A stretch of DNA of 64,000 nt from contig CAVXTM010000018.1 of the NCBI GenBank assembly GCA_963764725.1, positions 288,001 through 352,000 on the forward strand. The letters run 5' to 3'. This DNA comes from an uncultured Gammaproteobacteria bacterium. GTDB lineage: Bacteria; Pseudomonadota; Gammaproteobacteria; JACCXJ01. Within the stretch, counting starts at the first letter, position 1. Each line of letters begins with the position of its first letter. This document shows positions 21,440 through 30,251 of this stretch, piece by piece. Made by a program: the position numbers and the translations under genes. The notes beneath the pieces were generated by a model that ran no database searches, was not told the origin of the DNA, and was given only the letters and a program-made list of their open reading frames with translations.

Positions 21440-23911
21440 TTAGCTCAGCGGCGCTGTTACGCCGAGCAGAATGAATGCGCCCCAGTAATAGGGATGGTCA
21501 AAGGGATGGTATGAGTCGGGTTGTGTAAGGTATGGTTCGAGGGCAGCACGAACCGTCATCTTGTGATCGCTGAGGCGCTCAAATATCTTGGTATTAAACC
21601 ACCAATCGCGGAGCTGACCGATGGTGAGTTGCCGAAGGTAGCATTGTGCCTGCCGCAGGGCCTCATCGCGACGCATACGCGCATCGATCAGGTTCTCGTA
21701 CAACCGCGACATGAAGATCGCCGTCGGTAAGTCCGCGACTTTCCAAAGGCTCATGATGAGGGTTTTAGTTCCCGCCAGGATGAAGGCTCTCCGCAAGCCC
21801 AACACACCTTCTCCGATCGCGACATCACCCAGCCCCGTTTCGCAGGCCGACAGTACGACAAGCTCCGTGGCTAGCAAATCAAGACCGGCGACCTCTTCCG
21901 CTGTCAAAACCCCATCGTTCCCGTCTTCAGGTAAGACTTCCCGCGTGAAGACATGATTAGCGCCGGCAAGCGCGAGCCCCGAATGCAGTAGCGGGTTTTC
22001 CAGCGGGAATAACCAGGGTTCAGACTCACTAAACGGCAGGGCGGGATCCGAATGAGACCGGTGCTTATTCAAGAAAAACCCATGCGTTGCGAGGTGAAGG
22101 ATGCGCGGAGATCTCCGCCCCTTGAGATGTTTGACCAAGGCTGTTGAGCCGTGCCACAGCGGAACACCAAGCATACTGGCAATGATCTCACCTTCGATGC
22201 GTGTTCCCGGCAGTCGCTCGAAATACCACTGCTTATACCGAGCGTTTGGAGTCTGACGGTTCGACGCTTTATCGCCTGCATCCGGCCGTTCGCTCTCGGG
22301 TCCACCGCGGCCGCGCAACTTTCGAAGCAGTGCTTGGAATAGAGAACGGCTGCGGTGATACCCGTCGCGCCTTGAAAGGTCGAAGTCCGGATCCGCGATG
22401 ACCACGGGCGATGAAGCTAAGGTGCTCGATCCCGTTCGCGAGCGCAACAACTCCCGTCCGCTATCGAGGTAGCTTAGGCAGTAGTCGTCTGCTAAGAACC
22501 GGGTCCCACTGTCTAGAGGTAAAGCTTCAAAAGGTAGCCGAGTGAGCTCCCCATCTGTCGCCAGGATCACGCGCGATCTGTCTCCAATGATGCGCCGTAT
22601 AGGGTCAAAGAGCGCTGCACGTAAGGCTAGTCCCGGCGATTCCATTAGCGCCGTCGATGGTTCCTCGTCGGAAACCAAACCACGATACTGTACATTCGCG
22701 CACCCAATGACGCATGAGCGGAATCGACTAATGAGCCGATCAATCGTAACAGCATCGCCAAGGTCTATTATTCGGACTGCCTGAGGCGCGTCGGCTAGCA
22801 GAATTAACGCCGCATAGCGATACTCCTGCCACAGGTTATTTTCGTGGATTTGCATAGAAGCAACGTCGTATCGGCGGAACTTCACAAACTCGACCAAGGC
22901 GCTGCTTGATGGCAGGGCCGATGCTACGGCATGCAGGCTAATGACGCCTAGCGTCTCTTCAAATGGGGTTACGTCGGAAATCTCCCGCGACAATGCCGCT
23001 TCCTCTTCCCGTCGCTCCGTCTGCCGATTCTGCAGGTCCCGGTAATGCGTATCCGGCGATTCGTTCGCGGACGAGCAGCGAAGGGCCTTCCGTGCGATTT
23101 GCTGGCGGAGCAGCCGGTAAGCTTCTAACCGAGGTTGAATGGGCAACTTACGTTCAGACATCAACGCAACACGCCGGACTAGCGACAATTCGAGACCGAG
23201 CGCCTTACGTCGGAAGATGATCTCCAGCAGCACTCCGGGTGCGTCCGGTGAGCCCGGGAAATACCGCAATGCGATGGAAAGGAACAGATAGTATCCTTGA
23301 CGTATCGATTCAACGCACGCCGTCTGGTCTCGCTCGGAACCCCGGGAAACGACTCGGCTGATCATCTGGTCACGTGCGGTTTCCGAATCCCACATGGCAG
23401 CTAGAGCTTCTCGAACACGACCGGTTATGGCGTATACCCACGCTAGATCGGTCAGGATACTTGCGATAGCCGCCGGATCGTGCAATCGTTTGTAACGATC
23501 CAGGGCTTGCCGGTAGAGTATCTCAGCCTCGGAAAAATTACCCATAGCCCTATGGACTGTGGCCAGGTTGCTGAGACTCATAAGGTACAGAGGGCCGTCT
23601 TCCCCGGCCGTGGCGCGCGAGATGTCTATGACCTGCTGGTGTAGTGTCGTGGCTTCTTTGTAACGTCCCATTGCCACATAAGCTAAAGCAAGATTGTTTA
23701 TACTTTCAGCATAACCGGGATGGGATGGACCATACATCGCAAGGAGCATGTCACTGGCCTCGCGGTAGCGCTTCTCGGCCTGCGCATGGTCTCCTTCCGC
23801 AAGTAGCACATCGGCCTGACGCTGCAGATTTTCCGCGCGCTCAACAGATGGGGCTAACATATGCACATTTGCATCATTCACATCGCCCCATTGCGTGTGC
23901 GCAGTCCCCAA
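21440..23911 (-). CDS. TPR + CHAT (caspase-like) protease
   Basis: TPRs (HPGYAESINNLA, SLSNLA); CHAT motifs DGELTRLPFEAL, LHLATHG (His), VVLSACETG (Cys), SLWKV.D, HPYYWGAF. True start may be a GTG near 23884. Confidence 0.93.
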   Translation of the reverse strand: MGTAHTQWGDVNDANVHMLAPSVERAENLQRQADVLLAEGDHAQAEKRYREASDMLLAMYGPSHPGYAESINNLALAYVAMGRYKEATTLHQQVIDISRATAGEDGPLYLMSLSNLATVHRAMGNFSEAEILYRQALDRYKRLHDPAAIASILTDLAWVYAITGRVREALAAMWDSETARDQMISRVVSRGSERDQTACVESIRQGYYLFLSIALRYFPGSPDAPGVLLEIIFRRKALGLELSLVRRVALMSERKLPIQPRLEAYRLLRQQIARKALRCSSANESPDTHYRDLQNRQTERREEEAALSREISDVTPFEETLGVISLHAVASALPSSSALVEFVKFRRYDVASMQIHENNLWQEYRYAALILLADAPQAVRIIDLGDAVTIDRLISRFRSCVIGCANVQYRGLVSDEEPSTALMESPGLALRAALFDPIRRIIGDRSRVILATDGELTRLPFEALPLDSGTRFLADDYCLSYLDSGRELLRSRTGSSTLASSPVVIADPDFDLSRRDGYHRSRSLFQALLRKLRGRGGPESERPDAGDKASNRQTPNARYKQWYFERLPGTRIEGEIIASMLGVPLWHGSTALVKHLKGRRSPRILHLATHGFFLNKHRSHSDPALPFSESEPWLFPLENPLLHSGLALAGANHVFTREVLPEDGNDGVLTAEEVAGLDLLATELVVLSACETGLGDVAIGEGVLGLRRAFILAGTKTLIMSLWKVADLPTAIFMSRLYENLIDARMRRDEALRQAQCYLRQLTIGQLRDWWFNTKIFERLSDHKMTVRAALEPYLTQPDSYHPFDHPYYWGAFILLGVTAPLS

Positions 23912-24736
23912 TCAAAGCACTTCGTAGTCTTTTCTGAGCAGTTGCCAAAGCGTTTTTGGGGTCTGGGCTATATGGGTAGCCAAGCGGTCGAGTGCATCCG
24001 CCCGGCATCCTTGCATAAGACCTGCGTATAGATCATCGGTAAGGGGGGAGCCCGTGATCAAAACCAAAACGCTTTGCGGTCCTACCGGACCGGCAACTTT
24101 TAAGGTTTTCTCCGGCGCCCTTTGCGGGACTAGCAACGTAGGAGAATTTAGCTGCGCATTTGGCGCCAATGCGGATGGGCAAAGACAAGTGGTTTTAGCA
24201 CGGTCCACACTCAGCAACACTGCGTAGCTATGGCCGCGTTGTGAGTTTTCATTCCATTCGTCAGTCAAGGTAAGTGAAATATACAGCCGTTCACCTAATT
24301 GAAACTGTTCAAGCGGTTCGTCATCGTCAGCGATCAGACCGCGTGACTGAGCTTCCAGCTCTAAACGATGCTCTTGACGCACGAGATGAATCGCATCCGA
24401 GGTAGCTGCCTGCGCTAGCAGTTGCGGCCAAGGCCCGTCCCGTAATGGCGATGAGTGCAGTAAGGCCTTGAATTCCTCTAGCGAGTCGATCTCCAGCCAC
24501 TGCATGGGTACCTCAAATAGATCCGTGATACGCTTGATATGCCGGCTCGGCACCAGCTCCCGCGCACGGACCTCATTGCCGTTGATCCAGATCGAGATGT
24601 TGTTCGGTGCGATCCCGAGATGCTCCGCGAGGAGCTCGTGCGTGTTCACGCGCTCGTGGCGCTGATACAAACACTGTAGCTTCTTGGCTAGGCTTGGAAC
24701 ATGTAGGGGCATGACCTTACGCTTCTCGGAGCTCAA
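23912..24736 (-). CDS. XRE-like HTH protein with C-terminal DUF4384-like domain
   Basis: LAEHLGIAPNNISIWING is HTH-like. The C-terminal FQLGERLYISL..YAVLLSVD..LCP..LKVAGPVG..VLVLIT pattern resembles DUF4384 (recognised by eye). Confidence 0.7.
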   Translation of the reverse strand: MSSEKRKVMPLHVPSLAKKLQCLYQRHERVNTHELLAEHLGIAPNNISIWINGNEVRARELVPSRHIKRITDLFEVPMQWLEIDSLEEFKALLHSSPLRDGPWPQLLAQAATSDAIHLVRQEHRLELEAQSRGLIADDDEPLEQFQLGERLYISLTLTDEWNENSQRGHSYAVLLSVDRAKTTCLCPSALAPNAQLNSPTLLVPQRAPEKTLKVAGPVGPQSVLVLITGSPLTDDLYAGLMQGCRADALDRLATHIAQTPKTLWQLLRKDYEVL

Positions 24737-24822
24737 TACGACAGAATCCTGCGGCCCGGTGTCACCCGTTCAGTCCGGTATTATGCGCCCGTGTTGCTGG
24801 TATCCTCCTCGTGTAAGGCAGG

Positions 24823-24850
24823 ATTATAGGACCCGAGCGCGGGAGATCAA
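24823..24850 (-). promoter_or_regulatory. Putative sigma70 promoter for the HTH/CHAT pair
   Basis: Minus strand TTGATC-N16-TATAAT, about 90 bp upstream of the ORF at 24736. Confidence 0.55.
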
Positions 24851-24880
24851 TGTAAAAATTCGACATTTCTAAGCTGCCAC

Positions 24881-25840
24881 TCACTGGTTTGGTACCTGCT
24901 TCAATCGCTCCGCAGCGATGACGCGAACGGTCTCATCCGCGTCCGAAAGCGCCTTCTCGAGCAGCGCTTCGCCCTCCTTGCCGGGAGCCACGCTGTCCAC
25001 AGCGACGATCCGCACACCTGGGTCTGGGTCCTCCAACGCTTGCCAGAGCTGGCCCATGGCTTCCGGCCCGCCGCGGCTCACCAGGGCTTGATGCGCCGCA
25101 CTACGCACGCTAGGGTCCTTGTCGCTGAGCGCCGCGTCGAGGGTGTTGCGAACCTCCGGCTCGTCCGATTTACCGCTTTGCCCCAGCGCCGAGACCGCTT
25201 CGGCACGCATGGCGGGATCGTCATGCTCCGCCATCTTCGTGTAGTGTTGGATGACATCGTTCTCATCGAGCATCGAATCACTCGCGTCACCTTCGGATTC
25301 AACTGTACTCGGCTGCTCTTCCGGCATCGGTATGGCACCGTGCGCTGGCGCATGAGCTCCGTGCCGCGCGGACGCACTGCCTCCTTCTTCAAGCTGTCCA
25401 AGGATCCAGACCTCCTTCGGTGCGGACGGCGATCCTGACCCGTTTGGAGGATACCGAAAAATAAAACTCGCTTCCGGTCCGAACAGTCGAGCCATGGCTG
25501 GCTCAAAGGAAAGGCCGGTAAAGGACGCGGTGACCGATCCTTGAAACGGGTGGGCGTGATGAAACCGGATCCCGGTCCGCGCTTGGATCGCGTCCAGCAC
25601 ATCTTTCCAGGAGCTGTGCGCCGCCTGCAGGCTTAGCCGGCCGTTTTCAAAACGTACGCTCGGCACCGTGTCGACGGTCACCGGGGATCTCGATAGCGCT
25701 TCCTCGTTAGCGTTCGCACTGGCTAGCGTCGTGAGCAGCCCCGTCGTAACGAGCATGGCAACGAACGCCAGTGCGCGATTAGGCTTACTCCCGCAGTCTC
25801 GGTTTTTCGATAAGGCATTGATTCGGGCGACAGGGTTCAT
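24881..25840 (-). CDS. Exported protein with STN/secretin-N-like domain and HEAT repeats
   Basis: Signal peptide; RLSLQA..KDVLDAIQARTGIRF..VTASF; repeats DDPAMRAEAVSALG, DKDPSVRSAA, DPDPGVRIVA, DADETVRVIA. Confidence 0.8.
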   Translation of the reverse strand: MNPVARINALSKNRDCGSKPNRALAFVAMLVTTGLLTTLASANANEEALSRSPVTVDTVPSVRFENGRLSLQAAHSSWKDVLDAIQARTGIRFHHAHPFQGSVTASFTGLSFEPAMARLFGPEASFIFRYPPNGSGSPSAPKEVWILGQLEEGGSASARHGAHAPAHGAIPMPEEQPSTVESEGDASDSMLDENDVIQHYTKMAEHDDPAMRAEAVSALGQSGKSDEPEVRNTLDAALSDKDPSVRSAAHQALVSRGGPEAMGQLWQALEDPDPGVRIVAVDSVAPGKEGEALLEKALSDADETVRVIAAERLKQVPNQ

Positions 25841-25915
25841 AAGTCGTGACCTACTTCTTGTTAGGGGCCGGCCGCCGTCCCTAAAACCGGGCCGGCGGCC
25901 CCAGCTTACCCTGCG

Positions 25916-26371
25916 CTACTGGTCCTGAACGAGCGTTGCTTGATCCCCGGCAAAGCGATTGCCGTTGGCGTCATGGCAGTCTACCGTGAGGGTATACCCC
26001 TCGAAACCTTCGCCGTCTTTGTGGACCATACCCAGGTAACTGCCTGGTCCGCCCGCCAAGATCGCTTCAGGAGACAAACCTCCATTTACACCGCTCTCGG
26101 TGACGGCACTCCCATGGGGGTTAATGACCTGTACGCTGAGCTGTACTACGTCATTGTTACCTTCGTTGATTTTCGCTCGTGCCGTACTGGTCTCCGGAGG
26201 GCAAGCGAGGAGATACACGTCGGTGGCACCGATCTTATCCGTGGTCGGATCGTTGCTACCGATCCCTCTGGCAGTAGGACCATCTCCCGCCGCATACGCG
26301 GAGAAGGCGCCGCCTATTCCGGCGACTAACGATACCGCCGCGGTCATACATCTAAGTGTCTTCGTATTCAT
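25916..26371 (-). CDS. Secreted two-Cys hypothetical protein, paralog A
   Basis: MNTKTL signal peptide; DVYLLAC..GPGSY..K..EGY..DC..QDQ pattern shared with three neighbours. Confidence 0.85.
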   Translation of the reverse strand: MNTKTLRCMTAAVSLVAGIGGAFSAYAAGDGPTARGIGSNDPTTDKIGATDVYLLACPPETSTARAKINEGNNDVVQLSVQVINPHGSAVTESGVNGGLSPEAILAGGPGSYLGMVHKDGEGFEGYTLTVDCHDANGNRFAGDQATLVQDQ

Positions 26372-26427
26372 GATAAGTTTCTCCTTCCGTTAGCAAGCTA
26401 ACGAATGATCTATTAAGTAGCAATTAT

Positions 26428-26627
26428 GCTGGGGCATCCCTCCGTGGGCACTTCAGCGTGAAAAGCGAAAGCCAGGCTTTTGCTTCTCTCTGGTGATTCT
26501 CAATCCATTCTCGATTGAAAAATCTGGGTCCCTTCCTGGTGCCGCTTGCGATCTAACTCAAGCAGTGATCCCAGAATATCGAGGGTCGGCGGAGGGAGCT
26601 ATTGCAGGAACTTGAGGATTATTGAGG
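26428..26627 (-). repeat. ~200-bp conserved promoter/leader, copy 1
   Basis: Long identical blocks shared with 27406-27606; upstream of paralog A. Confidence 0.9.
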
Positions 26628-26914
26628 TTATCTTTCGCAGACGGTGAAAGCTCGGTTGGGCTGGATGCAATGAACCCCAACAGAATCCGGCGCCGCCACC
26701 ACTTGCAGCATATGGAGATGTCTGGCTGTTGGGGTTCGTACCTCAGCCCAACGAGCTACCGCGGTCGCCGATAAGGCATTGACACGGGCGACAGGGAGCA
26801 TGAGTCGTAACCTACTTCTTTTTAGAAAAGCGTCGAGAACGATCATCTCACTGGGGCCGTACCCGCCTCGGGCCGCTGGCCCAGATTTAGGGACAGCGGC
26901 CCGAATTGGACCCA

Positions 26915-27355
26915 CTACTGGTTTATCCGCCGCGTTAAGCCTGCGACCGGGGCAAGAACCGCCCCGTTAGTGCAAAACGCTTCGCCGGTATAACCTTCAG
27001 CGCCACCGCCGGTCTTCTTGAAGGCCATCGTGTAGCCGACTGGCCCATCAGAGACCGCGGCAAATCCGGACGCCGCACCACCCTCGGTGTCTGTCGCTTG
27101 GGCAGTCGGATTGCCATCGTGTCCCAACACCACTTGCACAGCAGCGGCGGCATTGTTGGGTCCGTTATCCAACACCCTGGCTACGGCACCCAGAGCGGCC
27201 GGCCCACAGGTGAAGGTCCAGACGTCGATACCGTTCGCCACAACAACCCCCAGCGCCTGCTGGCCGGTCGTTGTTGCAAGTGCGGGGGAGGCGGCGCCGA
27301 TGCCGATGAGCAACGATGCCGCTGCGGTCATACCTTTTAGTGTCTTCGTATTCAT
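26915..27355 (-). CDS. Secreted two-Cys hypothetical protein, paralog B
   Basis: MNTKTL signal peptide; DVWTFTC..GPVGY..FKK..EGY..FC..INQ. Confidence 0.85.
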   Translation of the reverse strand: MNTKTLKGMTAAASLLIGIGAASPALATTTGQQALGVVVANGIDVWTFTCGPAALGAVARVLDNGPNNAAAAVQVVLGHDGNPTAQATDTEGGAASGFAAVSDGPVGYTMAFKKTGGGAEGYTGEAFCTNGAVLAPVAGLTRRINQ

Positions 27356-27405
27356 AATATTACTCCGTCAATGTAGTGAGACTAATGTATTTCAGTGATT
27401 TAATT

Positions 27406-27606
27406 GCTGAGACATCCCTCCGTGGGCACTTCAGCGTGAAAAGCGAAAGCCAGGCTTCAGCTTTTCTCTGTTGTATCTCGATCTTCGCGCGATCGAAAAA
27501 ACTCGGGTCCCTTCCTGGTGCCGCTTGCGATCTAACTCAAGCAGTGAGGGCAGAATATCGAGGGGCGATCGATCCGACTATTGCAGGAACTTGAGGATTA
27601 TTGAGG
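27406..27606 (-). repeat. ~200-bp conserved promoter/leader, copy 2
   Basis: Matches 26428-26627; upstream of paralog B. Confidence 0.9.
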
Positions 27607-28667
27607 ATGGGCGGTACCGGCACGCGCGGGGCCGCGGCCGCACCAGGCCTATCGGCGCCGGGGCAGGGAAAGAAGCGGCGTGCTGCCGGACTTTTTCATC
27701 GGTGCCCACGCGGCCGTCCTCAGAGCACCATTACTGACGCGCGATGTGCATCGCTTTCAAAGCTATTTTCCGAGCGTTCGGCTGGTAACGCCATAACGCG
27801 CGTGCGGGGCCTGCGTGCGTTCCGCGGAATGACAGCCGGCCGAAGCCACCCATGCGGCGGATCGCCCTACGGGGCATCCACCCTACGGGCCCTTTGAGAT
27901 AACGGGCACGCGGGGCGAGATGGTGGAAAGCTCAGTACCGAGGATCTCGGCGCGATACGTTACGCCCTATTGCAGGAAGCCGGCTGGATGGGTAACCCCG
28001 TTAAACCTATTTCGAGGCCGCCAAGCGCACACAAGCCTAGGAATCTCTTCGGCGCCGAACACATGCTCCGCGTCCAAAATCTCGATACCAACAAGGCTTC
28101 ACCCGGTCCGATATTCAGCGCGACCTGATCATTCAGCCTCCGAGCATTGCTCCATGGCATGCTTGGTCAGGCGAATCGCTTTCATCGGATCATTGTAGGC
28201 CCGCCGAGCGCCCCACCAACCTACGAGGTAGCACCGGGTAAAGAGCCGCGTGTTACCCGGACTTTTTCATCGGTGGCCGCGCGGGCTATCTCATCAGCGG
28301 AGATCGCGACGCTCAATCCGTTTCAGGAAATCCTTATCGTCACCCCGATGGCCTATCTGGAGTTGGGGAAGCAGGGAGTGTAGCGAGCCTACTCCCATGC
28401 TCGCCGTCCTGCTGGTCCAATGCATGCTAAGTATCGGCCCTCAATTGGTTTATCACAAAGCATTATCTGGAAATTTACCCCAGCCCCGATGCGTGCGATC
28501 CGCACGTACGGATCTAAACCGTGGGTGCTGGTAACCGGCACCCGTCTCAACTGAGACTATGCGTTTGCTACATCGCTGGCCCGATGTGATAACACAAGAC
28601 CTGGCACCTCACGTACGCTGCCCTTCTGGCAGTGGTCCGAACTCGAAAGATTCAGTGGTCTTGTACT

Positions 28668-29120
28668 TTAGTCATTGTCTCGTACGTTAGTCCAATTTTC
28701 TGGATCCGAGCTCATGCCTCCGGCTGTCCTACAATCCACAGATCCTCGGTAATTCTCCCGTCCGCTAGCCGTTTTCAAAAAAACCGCGAGATAGAGGCCG
28801 GGCCCCTTGACTAGGACGGCATAAGGGGATGGGGACGGTGGCGACGTAGGGCCTTCGCCTGCAGGTGCGGGGTCCACGTCCGTGACCTGGGCGGCGCCGC
28901 CTCCCTTCGCCAGCATCACTCTCATCCGGGCCGGCGTATTGTTGGGTGGCAGATCTTGAACGTTGGCTTGAGCGCTGACAGCGGGCGTAGAACACCTGAA
29001 AGTAAAGGCGTCGGTAGCCGTCGCCTCCTCTCCTAACGATTCGTCGATGGTAGTCGCTAGGACGGGAAATGCGCCGCCCATTCCGAGGGAGAGAGCTACC
29101 GCCACACCTAAAGCTTTCAT
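28668..29120 (-). CDS. Secreted two-Cys hypothetical protein, paralog C
   Basis: Signal peptide; DAFTFRC..GPGLY..FLK..ENY..DC. An upstream ATG at 29134 with an RBS would give MKTKTMKAL if one A were restored. Confidence 0.85.
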   Translation of the reverse strand: MKALGVAVALSLGMGGAFPVLATTIDESLGEEATATDAFTFRCSTPAVSAQANVQDLPPNNTPARMRVMLAKGGGAAQVTDVDPAPAGEGPTSPPSPSPYAVLVKGPGLYLAVFLKTASGRENYRGSVDCRTAGGMSSDPENWTNVRDND

Positions 29121-29289
29121 CGTTTCGTCTTCATGATTAGTTACCCCTACCGTTAGCGAGAGGCTAACGGTTCGTCATTCGAAAACAATTCGGTTCTATT
29201 TTGTCTCCTCCAGGTGCCTTCGAGTCAATAGTGCATAGCAAGCCCTCGGCCCGCTAGGCACCCGTGACACCCATGCGCTTTTGGTCGAT

Positions 29290-29763
29290 TTACTGGAACT
29301 GAGTCTGTTGAGGAGCAACCACTCCTGCGACGTCGCCACCGCTAGCGTTAAGGCATCTGATCCGGCCGGTGTAGCTTTCTTCGTTGGAAGCCGTCTTAAG
29401 GAAATGCACTTGGTAGAGACCGGCACCGTCTCCTCGCCTGGTCTCTGGCGAAGATCCACCGCCTTCCCCGGTACCTGCGGGGGTTGCGTCTTCTGCCAGG
29501 ATGGAGGATGGATTAGGAAACTTGATCAAAAATACTCTCATCTTTGCGGTGTTATTCACAGGCGCAGGATCGACGACATCCCAAACCCAAGCTTTAGCGT
29601 TGTTGGTTCCATTGATTCCACTCAGGCAGTTGATCGTAAAGACATCTACGGCGTTCTGGCTTACGCCAAGTGTTCCAGCGACATCGAAGGCACGCACCGC
29701 CGACGCGGTGGCCATACCGACGACTAGCGTTACTGCAGCACCTATCAACATCTTTGTATTCAT
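29290..29763 (-). CDS. Secreted two-Cys hypothetical protein, paralog D
   Basis: MNTKML signal peptide; DVFTINC..GAGLY..FLK..ESY..RC..QFQ. Confidence 0.85.
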   Translation of the reverse strand: MNTKMLIGAAVTLVVGMATASAVRAFDVAGTLGVSQNAVDVFTINCLSGINGTNNAKAWVWDVVDPAPVNNTAKMRVFLIKFPNPSSILAEDATPAGTGEGGGSSPETRRGDGAGLYQVHFLKTASNEESYTGRIRCLNASGGDVAGVVAPQQTQFQ

Positions 29764-30043
29764 GAGGTATGCCTCCTTCTGTTAACTAGACTAAACGTGC
29801 GTCAATAATAAGCCGCTGAGACAGTCCCTCCCTAGACTGGCTCGCCGGGAAAATCAGCGTTCGCTTCCTTCGTCCGCTTGCAAGTTGCCGCAAGACAATC
29901 CGCTGTTGAAATCGACCACCTTCATCCGGTGCGGTGCTCATGCTGCTATTAGGGTTTTCTCCCACCCAAGGCTACGCAGCGTAAGCAGCACTTGTTCTAA
30001 CTATCGGCTCCCTCCGCATAGCGATTACCTTTTGCACGGCGAC

Positions 30044-30096
30044 AGTATAGGCATGAGTAGTCGGGATAACTATTGAAGAATATTGAGCATAATTGA
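30044..30096 (-). promoter_or_regulatory. Putative promoter of paralogs D/C with 3x TCAA repeat at 10-bp period
   Basis: -10 TATACT (30044-30049) and plus-strand TTGA at 30073/30083/30093; same geometry as at 26573-26625 and 27552-27604. Confidence 0.65.
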
Positions 30097-30251
30097 CCCC
30101 GCATGACCCAACCCCAAAGCAGACTCGCTCCAGTTGATTCAGCGGCTGAATGGACTATACCCTAGTACCGTCGCAACTTACGAAATTGATGGCAGTGGTA
30201 AAAGTAAAAACGTTACACATATATAGTCAACCAGTTACTTGCGAACGGGCC

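Noticed and set aside
26250-26275. ARGIGSNDP in paralog A as another CHAT RG site
   Set aside because: Weak match, absent from the other paralogs, and the protein is exported whereas the protease has no signal peptide
26428-27606. Repeats as a CRISPR array or a known riboswitch
   Set aside because: Only two long copies separated by genes, with no repeat-spacer periodicity and no cas genes; no recognisable c-di-GMP, cobalamin or TPP consensus
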